Source: Promethearchaeota archaeon
Lineage (GTDB): Archaea > Asgardarchaeota > Lokiarchaeia > Sigyniarchaeales > SOKP01
Length of the DNA stretch: 26,094 nt
NCBI GenBank assembly: GCA_016839705.1
Contig: JAEOTR010000027.1
Location: forward strand, 1 to 26,094
Direction of reading: 5' to 3'
The translations under genes and the position numbers were made by a program. The notes under the pieces were generated by a model that saw only the letters and a list, made by a program, of their open reading frames with translations, made no database searches and was not told the origin of the DNA. This document shows positions 1-7,221 of the stretch, piece after piece. Within the stretch, counting starts at the first letter, position 1. Each line of letters starts with the position of its first letter.

Positions 1-73
1 ATGCCAAAATTTAAGAATTTGAAAATATTTTATATTCATAGTATAAATATCAAATAGAGATGATTAGTAAAAA

Positions 74-277
74 ATGCCTGGTTCTCATGGTTCGCTAACT
101 AAAGCAGGAAAAGTTAAGCAACAAACTCCAAGAATTGAAAGAAGTGGAGTAAATTCTCATAAGAAAAAACCTCCAAGAATACGATTCCGAGAATTGTATA
201 AAACACGGTTTCTTGATGAGAAATTTGGAGGTCAACAAGACAGTCTTGGAGCTAAACGATCACGCTTTAAACGATAA
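74..277 (+). CDS. rps30e: 30S ribosomal protein S30e
   Basis: N-terminal HGSLTKAGKVKQQTP is the S30e signature (HGSLxxAGKVxxQTP); short and very basic. Confidence 0.92.
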   Translation: MPGSHGSLTKAGKVKQQTPRIERSGVNSHKKKPPRIRFRELYKTRFLDEKFGGQQDSLGAKRSRFKR

Positions 278-292
278 AAAAGATTTTTACTT

Positions 293-2179
293 TTATTTAT
301 TTACTCCAATGGTATGGAGTTGGCTTTTCAATTTCTGGCTTTCTTTTACATAAAATTGTGCTTTTTGACGATTATTTTCTAAACTATTATAATAATCACT
401 CATCAATAGATTCCACCTTATCGCTCTGTTAATGGTATTTATCTCTTTGGGAGAAAGATGATTTTCTAAGCTATTTAGAAAATAAAGGGCTTTTCTGGAA
501 TCTTTTCTATGATGGATATAGAATTCAGCCAATTCTAAAATAAAATCAATTAAGACATTTTGGTGATCGTTGTTAAAGCTTATTTCATTAACATTTAAAC
601 CAGCTTTTAAGAATCTTTGAGCTTGGGAGAGATTTCCCTGATTTTTGAAGTGGATTGCACGAGTTAAAAAGTACTTTAATCTAATTTTAATAGAGTTGTT
701 CCCAATTTCAAGTACTCTTTTAAAGCATGCTTTCGAATCAACAATTCTACTCTGTTCTAAATAAATTAATCCTGTATAAAGATAAGTCATTCCCAGATAA
801 CTTGTTTTGGTAAGTGAGATTTTCTCTTTTTCCAAGAAGTTTCTAATAATCTTGAAATGATCTAGAGCTTTTTCATAATTCTTATTTTTGAAATAGCTAA
901 TCCCTATTTTTTGATGAATTTTGATTATATATTCTATTGGTACTTCGCCTGATTTAGCAATACTTAAAGCACTCTGTAAATAATTAAGTGCTAATTCTTC
1001 ATTACCTAATAAATTGGCTATTTTTCTTAACTTCAATAATATTGAAACGACAACCTTTTTTTGTTGATTCTTGTTGAATACTTTTAATGATTCATTTAGT
1101 AATTTGGTAGCTTCCTCAAAACGATAATTTTTAATAAGCTCTTCTGCGCCTGAATAATGGTTGATGGACTCTATTACCTCAAAATTGTTAGGAGGTTTGT
1201 TGAATAAATCGTTATGAAAAGGAAATAACTCTTTTGCTATTGAACTCTCATAACACAATGGAGAAAAGGGGAAATTATTCTCATCAAAGACAAAATTCTT
1301 ACTTCGATAAACGAGTTCTTTTGATGGTCTGAAATTGAGAAGTTCACTTTGCATTATATTTCCGTTTTCAATTACTTCAATAATCGAATTTAAAATTATC
1401 CTGCTAAATTTAATCCAATTTTCTATTAATAATTCTAATTTAAATTCAGGATTATCGTTGAACAAATCAACTAAGATATGAGGGGAATAACTATCAAACG
1501 AAGATCGAATGTAAAATTTCTTATATTCCAGATCTTTAAAAAAAGTAAAAAATCCTTTTTCTAGAATAAAAAATTCATCAAATTCCTTTTCATTTGAAAA
1601 AAATAGTGTTTCAGATGTTCGAAGTTTGGGTACCCCATTATTTAATTCCCAAGGTAAATTAAATGTAGGTTCCAATCCGAGCTTTATTAAAGATCCTACT
1701 AGATTTCGATGTTGATCGTCAGATAAATCTTTCAATTGCTCTCTTTTATTCATGAGAGAGATTCTGATACGATTTATCCAAGTATTTTCATTTTCATCTT
1801 TTATTGGCTCTGGCATTACTAAATTTAATAAGTCAATGAGTATAGGTTCTTTTCCTTTTATTGGAAAATTATGTTCTAAAGTTAGAGATATCGCAAGATT
1901 TCGAAGAGCTTTCATTATATAAAGAATTTTAGTGTAAGCATTCTGATTCAGGTTCCAAAATTGAAAAGCTAATGAAACCCGAAAATTTACAACTTCAAAT
2001 GGAGCATTAATCCTTATCGGAAATGTAATTGGAAATTTTATTGTAAAAATTAGGATTTTTTCCTTTTTTATACTATATCGAAAATAATTTTCTATCGATC
2101 CATTAATTTTCCAACCATTTTTCTCTAAAACTGTTCGAAGATTTTTTATTTCATTTGATGAAAATGGGTTAATTGACAT
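293..2179 (-). CDS. TPR-repeat protein (C-terminal TPRs, uncharacterised N-terminal half)
   Basis: 628-aa ORF; repeated TPR-like helices (EEATKLLNESL, ELALNYLQSAL, IGISYFKNKNYEKALDHF, TGLIYLEQSRIVDSKACFKRVL). Confidence 0.75.
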   Translation of the reverse strand: MSINPFSSNEIKNLRTVLEKNGWKINGSIENYFRYSIKKEKILIFTIKFPITFPIRINAPFEVVNFRVSLAFQFWNLNQNAYTKILYIMKALRNLAISLTLEHNFPIKGKEPILIDLLNLVMPEPIKDENENTWINRIRISLMNKREQLKDLSDDQHRNLVGSLIKLGLEPTFNLPWELNNGVPKLRTSETLFFSNEKEFDEFFILEKGFFTFFKDLEYKKFYIRSSFDSYSPHILVDLFNDNPEFKLELLIENWIKFSRIILNSIIEVIENGNIMQSELLNFRPSKELVYRSKNFVFDENNFPFSPLCYESSIAKELFPFHNDLFNKPPNNFEVIESINHYSGAEELIKNYRFEEATKLLNESLKVFNKNQQKKVVVSILLKLRKIANLLGNEELALNYLQSALSIAKSGEVPIEYIIKIHQKIGISYFKNKNYEKALDHFKIIRNFLEKEKISLTKTSYLGMTYLYTGLIYLEQSRIVDSKACFKRVLEIGNNSIKIRLKYFLTRAIHFKNQGNLSQAQRFLKAGLNVNEISFNNDHQNVLIDFILELAEFYIHHRKDSRKALYFLNSLENHLSPKEINTINRAIRWNLLMSDYYNSLENNRQKAQFYVKESQKLKSQLHTIGVNK

Positions 2180-2370
2180 TGCTATAGTAGTTTCTAGGAA
2201 CTATGAACTGTTCGATATTATATTCTAATAAATTCTTAAATATCTAGTAGAGAATCGAAATAAAAACTTAATTTTTAACGAATCTAATTTTATGATAGAA
2301 GTTGAATAAATATTTAATAACTTGAATTGACATGTTAAACTTGTAATTTAAAGAAGATGAGATTGATTCA

Positions 2371-3042
2371 TTGATGGATATTACAAAATTTAACGAGGAA
2401 TTAAAATCAAAAGTTGCATTGGCAAAGAGCTACGAGAACAGAAATGAAATTGAGATTGCTATCAAACAATGGTTAGAAATTTCGGAGATGACACTTAAAT
2501 ATTCTAAATCAAGAGGAATTATTAACCCTACTTATAAGAATATGCTGATAAATAGAACAAAGGGTATCATCGAACACATTAAAAAACTAAAAGCTGGTCA
2601 AGTAGAAAAAGTTCTATTTGAAGACGATGTTTACATACCAGATGAGGACGTTCAAGAAGAAAAACCATCTGAAGGTATTGAAGGAGAAAAACCGATACCC
2701 CAAAAAAATGATATAGAGGGAATAGGACCATCTGATCCCGTTGAAGTAAAAGAAGCGAAACCTATAGAAGAATCTAATTTTAAGAACATCCCTAAGGGAT
2801 TTAAAGAGATTCAACCATCATCAGAATTTAATATTGTAACTCCTCATGATGAAGACTATATAAAAAAGCATCTGAGTCAAGAAAAAAACTTATCTCAAAA
2901 TCAAAAGCCTCTCCCCAAACCTGAAAGATTTGATTTTGAACAACCAGAAGATAGTGAAAATCTGATTTGTTTCGCATGCGGATATGATAAAAACATGAAA
3001 GGTGCGAAAACTTGTAAGAGTTGTGGAACAATCCTCAACTAA
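2371..3042 (+). CDS. MIT-like three-helix domain + acidic/Pro-rich linker + C-terminal zinc ribbon protein
   Basis: N-terminal ~75 aa resembles an MIT helical bundle; middle is E/P/K-rich; ends CFACG-x9-CKSCG. Start may be TTG 2371 or ATG 2374. Confidence 0.6.
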   Translation: MMDITKFNEELKSKVALAKSYENRNEIEIAIKQWLEISEMTLKYSKSRGIINPTYKNMLINRTKGIIEHIKKLKAGQVEKVLFEDDVYIPDEDVQEEKPSEGIEGEKPIPQKNDIEGIGPSDPVEVKEAKPIEESNFKNIPKGFKEIQPSSEFNIVTPHDEDYIKKHLSQEKNLSQNQKPLPKPERFDFEQPEDSENLICFACGYDKNMKGAKTCKSCGTILN

Positions 3043-3144
3043 AAAAGCTCTATTTTTGTTGTTTAATCTTATTGGAAAGATCAAAAAATGATTCGGCTTT
3101 TTCATCAGAAATATAAAGAATTAAGAGAAAACTTAACCAATAAA

Positions 3145-3702
3145 TCAATAACGTCTATTTTTTTTTGAATTCTTTATTTTTTCAAATTTCTCTATGGCTC
3201 GATCTCTCCAAACCGTATTCCATTTCTTAAATCCTGATTTTACAAACTTCTCTCTTTTAGGGAAATTGTAACAAACCCAGTTAAAGAGGACAAAAAACCG
3301 TTTAGCACCACTTTTCATAGTTAGACTCTTTGATCTTACACCTAAATCATTTCTGAGGTGTTCAACTAATTTACCCTCCACGGTATCTTGTAACTTCCCT
3401 TCAACAACTGCATCTTCATAATTTATTCCTTCCTCTAAAAAGTATGCTCGAACTTGATCAAAAATGTTCCCACGACACAGATGTATTATTTCAGTATCTT
3501 TTTGGAAGTTCATCTCACTTAATCCTTCCTTTACTACTTTCACAGCTTCATAAAATGGTTTTTTGTTTTTCCAATTTTCCCCCTTAAATAAATCTAGGGA
3601 GAGAGTCTTAACAATTAACTCTCCGGTCTCTTTTCTTAAAAATCCTATAAAAACGTCTCCTACTAAGTCACCGGTTCCCGCATCATCGATTTCTATTGTC
3701 AT
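3145..3702 (-). CDS. RNase HII-like fold protein (archaeal hypothetical family)
   Basis: N-terminal IEIDDAGTGDLVGDVFIG resembles the RNase HII GIDEAGRGxxxGP motif; the rest is divergent. Confidence 0.55.
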   Translation of the reverse strand: MTIEIDDAGTGDLVGDVFIGFLRKETGELIVKTLSLDLFKGENWKNKKPFYEAVKVVKEGLSEMNFQKDTEIIHLCRGNIFDQVRAYFLEEGINYEDAVVEGKLQDTVEGKLVEHLRNDLGVRSKSLTMKSGAKRFFVLFNWVCYNFPKREKFVKSGFKKWNTVWRDRAIEKFEKIKNSKKNRRY

Positions 3703-3830
3703 ATCGCTTCGAAATTATTAAATCTAGCTGTTGGTATTAATGTAAATTAATAAATACATATCAAGTTTTATAAAACTAAATTATATAGAAAAGAAAATGA
3801 TTTTAATTATACTTATGTGATGACTAAACG

Positions 3831-4625
3831 ATGGATGTTGAATTGTTAATCATTGGAAATGAAATTTTAATAGGAAAAACGCTAGATAGTAATTCAAATT
3901 GGATGGCAAAAAGGGTTACTCGATATGGTCATAGATTAAGAAGAATTACAACAGTGGGAGATGACTTGGAAATCATTTCTAGTGCACTACAAGAAATTAT
4001 AAAACGAAAACCAGATATAATTATAACTTCAGGTGGCCTAGGTCCAACTTTTGATGATATGACTTTAGAGGGCATAGCAATGGGTTTAAATAGGAAATTA
4101 GAACTAAATAAACACGCCTTATCTTCTATTAAGAAAGTATATAAGCACGCTTACGATAGGGGAATTTTAAAGCTTGAGGGGATGACAAAAGAACGAGAAA
4201 AAATGGCTTATCTTCCCCAGGGTTCCATACCTTTACCAAATACTATAGGGACTGCACCAGGGGTCAAAATTAATGAGGGAGATATACGGCTATATATTTT
4301 ACCGGGAGTACCTACAGAATTAAAATCAATGTTTAGAAATGTGATATTGCCCATTTTGAAAGAGAGACAGGGAAAATTCATAGAAAAGGGATTCCTGTTT
4401 TCTGGAATTGGAGAAAGCCAGATTGCTCCTTATACTGGTGAATTGGAAAAAAAGTATCCGCAATTGTGGATTAAGACTCATCCACACATTGGCCTATCCG
4501 TTGAGGTTGAGATTTCTATAACAGCTTTTAATGTGGAGAATGGAGAAGAACTGGTTGATAAAGTTTTAGATGAAATAAAAGAGATAATTTTAAACCTAAA
4601 AGGTGAAATTATTAATAGAGAATAA
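3831..4625 (+). CDS. CinA-like molybdopterin-binding-fold protein (COG1058, ADP-ribose/FAD pyrophosphatase-like), no NMN deamidase domain
   Basis: IIGNEILIGKTLDSNS, SGGLGPTFDDMT, GTAPG, LPGVPTEL and GIGESQIA motifs. Confidence 0.88.
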   Translation: MDVELLIIGNEILIGKTLDSNSNWMAKRVTRYGHRLRRITTVGDDLEIISSALQEIIKRKPDIIITSGGLGPTFDDMTLEGIAMGLNRKLELNKHALSSIKKVYKHAYDRGILKLEGMTKEREKMAYLPQGSIPLPNTIGTAPGVKINEGDIRLYILPGVPTELKSMFRNVILPILKERQGKFIEKGFLFSGIGESQIAPYTGELEKKYPQLWIKTHPHIGLSVEVEISITAFNVENGEELVDKVLDEIKEIILNLKGEIINRE

Positions 4626-4644
4626 TTATTTATTAAATTCATAT

Positions 4645-4713
4645 CTCCAAATTCCCTTGCTAGGAAGTCATTTTGCGACTATCATTTCTTCACAAAATTC
4701 ATACGTTTTGGAG
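4645..4713 (-). promoter_or_regulatory. SECIS-like element in the 3' UTR of selD copy 1
   Basis: Minus-strand RNA directly after the stop: CUCCAAA-ACGU-AUGA-AUUUUGUGA-AGAAAUGAUAG-UCGCAAAAU-GA-C-UUCCU-AGCAA-GGGAA-UUUGGAG. Helix I 7 bp, AUGA/GA core, helix II 9 bp, A-rich apical loop. Confidence 0.85.
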
Positions 4714-5742
4714 TTATAGTTTGGTAATTTCTATATTTTCTACGTTCTCTGAAATTCTCACAAGACCAGGAGAAACTGCATCAATTGTGCCTAGGATCCA
4801 ATTCGAAATTCCATTATCCGAAAGAATATTAGAAAATTCCTCTGCTTTTAAAGGTTCTATGGCCATAAGCATACCACCCGCTGTCTCAGCACATTTACAT
4901 TCATCAAAATCATAACCTAAATCTTTTGATAAACGATCAGAGAGTTTAATTGATGGTATCGTTTCAATAATCGCTGATAAATTAGAGTTCTGGAGAATTT
5001 CAGATAGATGCCCTGCTAGACCGAAACCTGTAATATCTGTCATAGCATGAATAAATGAAAAATTATCGAAAGAGTGAATTGTTTTCACAACATCCTGGTT
5101 TGGAGTAGTCATTATCTTTATTGCTAGATCAATTGATTTTTTTAGTTGGTTTTTGGAATAAGCTTCAAGCATCTCAGGAAAGTCTTTTAATAATCTATAT
5201 GCTGCCATAACAGGTTGAATTCCGATTGGTTTAGTTAATATCAGTCTATCACCTTTTTTCACTCCTTGTTTTCTAATTATCGCATCCTTATGAACAAATC
5301 CAGAAGCTTCACCACCTATTAATGGCCACTCCGAGTATATTGTATGACCTCCCACTACTTTAGAATGAATCTTCTTTTCCATATAATATTTGATTCCCGC
5401 TAAAATTCCTTCAGCAACCTCCATTGGAGTGTTAGTACTTATTCCTAAAAAGATTAGCATCCCCGAGATGTCCGGAACATTCATTGCAAAAATGTCGTTT
5501 GTTACATTGCACGCGGCTATTTGTCCCATTACTTCGGGTTCATCAACAATGGGGGTAAAGATATCCAAATTTTTTACTTGAACTATATCAGTATTAGGAA
5601 CATGCACAATAGCAGCATCTTCAATATCTCCAGCTAACCCAGTTTTCTCAAGCAAATCATTTAATTCATTAGAGCCAAGTTTACATGATCAACCGAAAAT
5701 CTTTACTTGTTTCGTTAACCTATACTCTATTTTTTTAGGCAT
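4714..5742 (-). CDS. selD: Selenide, water dikinase (selenophosphate synthetase), selenocysteine-containing, copy 1 (342 aa)
   Basis: ATG 5742 after GAGGTGA reads MPKKIEYRLTKQVKIFG-U(TGA 5691-5689)-SCKLG, in frame with ORF 4714..5655. Motifs EDAA, DIFTP, NVTND, GGHT, TDITGFGL, ETAGG. Confidence 0.93.
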
Positions 5743-5744
5743 AC

Positions 5745-5751
5745 TCACCTC
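5745..5751 (-). promoter_or_regulatory. Shine-Dalgarno site of selD copy 1
   Basis: GAGGTGA just upstream of ATG 5742. Confidence 0.7.
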
Positions 5752-5977
5752 ACTTTTGCATAAATTTCTTTTTTATTAAAATAGTAAGCGTTTTCTTAAT
5801 TAATTTAAAATATTAAGCAAGCAAAAAAATTGTGTTTATTTATTAAAATTTTCGATTTAATTTATCGAAGAAATAGATAAGTCTCATTAATTGTCTTAAT
5901 TAAGGTGTACATTAAATTAAAGCAGTATAAATCTAAATCAAAAAATGAGAGAAAACTAAAATTTCTAGCAAATTATA

Positions 5978-6049
5978 CGATGCCGCCTTGCAACGGATTT
6001 CTCAATAAGCGTCCGCATTGCTGCATTTTTGCTTATTTCATTGACATCG
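5978..6049 (-). promoter_or_regulatory. SECIS-like element in the 3' UTR of selD copy 2
   Basis: Minus-strand RNA directly after the stop: CGAUG-UCA-AUGA-AAUAAGC-AAAAAU-GCA-GCAA-UGC-GGAC-GCUUAUU-GA-GAAAU-CCGUU-GCAA-GGCGG-CAUCG. AUGA/GA core, perfect 7-bp helix II, apical A-run with mini-stem, closing helix I. Confidence 0.85.
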
Positions 6050-7081
6050 TTAGATATTTGTTATTTCAATATATTCAACATCATCAGAGATGCGAATATT
6101 CTTAGGTTTTTTAATGTTATCGATTGTACCAACAATCCAATTAGAGATATCGTTCTTGGTTAATTTTTCTGAAAATTCTTCTGCTTGTCTATGATCAACG
6201 GAGATAAGCATACCTCCCGCAGTTTCTGGCATTTCAGCTGTATCAAATTTATAACCGAATTCATACGCTAATTCTTGTGTAAGTCTAATAATAGGTATCC
6301 TATCAAGAATGGCTGAAAGTTTAGAATTTTGAAGCATTTCTTTCAGATGTCCAGCTAAACCAAATCCGGAAACGTCGGTCATTGAGTGTATGAAATGCAC
6401 ATTTGGATACGAATGGATTGTTTTTACAACATCTTGAAGCGGTGTGGTCATAAGGTTAATTGCGGTTTCAATGGAAATATCAAGTTCTTTTGATGAAAAG
6501 CTTTCCAACAGAGCGGGGTTGTTTTTTTGTAGACGATATGCTGCCATAATGGCTTGATTGCCAACTGGCTTAGTTAGGATTAATTTATCTCCTAATTCAA
6601 CATAATTTTTCCGTATTATCTTGCTTTTCTCAACGAATCCAGATGCTTCACCACCTATCAACGGCCATTCGGAGTATATTGTATGACCCCCTAAGACTTT
6701 GGAATTTATTTTATGTTCCATGAAATTTTTAATTCCACGAAGTATGCCTTCTGAAACATAAGTTGGCATGTTCTTCTTGATCCCAAGGAAAACGAGCATA
6801 CCGGAAATTTCAAGAACATTCAAAGCAAAGACATCATTTGTAACATTAGCAGCAGCAATCTCTCCCACTATCTCTGGCTCATCTAAGATTGGTGTGAATA
6901 TGTCAAGGTTCTTTACCATGACAAGGTCGGTATTAGGCACAGGAATTACCGCAGAATCTTCAATATCTCCTTTCAAACCAACTCTAGATAAAAGGTTCTC
7001 TAGCTTTTTCGCTTCAACTTTACAATTTCAACCAAATAGTTTCGTTTGGAGCGTCAATCGATAACTCTCTAACTCTTGCAT
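6050..7081 (-). CDS. selD: Selenide, water dikinase (selenophosphate synthetase), selenocysteine-containing, copy 2 (343 aa)
   Basis: ATG 7081 after GAGGTGA reads MQELESYRLTLQTKLFG-U(TGA 7030-7028)-NCKVE, in frame with ORF 6050..6976. Motifs EDSA, DIFTP, NVTND, GGHT, TDVSGFGL, PETAGG. Confidence 0.93.
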
Positions 7082-7084
7082 CCT

Positions 7085-7091
7085 TCACCTC
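7085..7091 (-). promoter_or_regulatory. Shine-Dalgarno site of selD copy 2
   Basis: GAGGTGA just upstream of ATG 7081. Confidence 0.7.
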
Positions 7092-7221
7092 AAATCTGTT
7101 TTTTTCTTCTTATATTAGTAGGTATAAATATAAAATGCGAATATATTAATTTTTTCTATATAATTTATTTAAAAAATGAATAAAGCTAAGAAAAAAAGTA
7201 AGAAAATTTGTTATAAAAAAT

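Noticed and set aside
5905-6105. 66-aa Cys-rich plus-strand ORF
   Set aside because: It is antisense to SECIS-2 and the selD-2 3' end; its odd composition is explained by the RNA structure.
6984-7003. CUAGA/UCUAG hairpin about 25 nt downstream of the selD-2 UGA as a bacterial-type SECIS or SRE
   Set aside because: Short and weak, with no clear counterpart in selD-1.
5656-7081. Reading the selD genes as pseudogenes or as starting at TTG 5655 and TTG 6976
   Set aside because: Both TGAs fall exactly on the catalytic Cys/Sec position, with SD plus ATG upstream and SECIS-like elements downstream; the short forms lack the catalytic loop.
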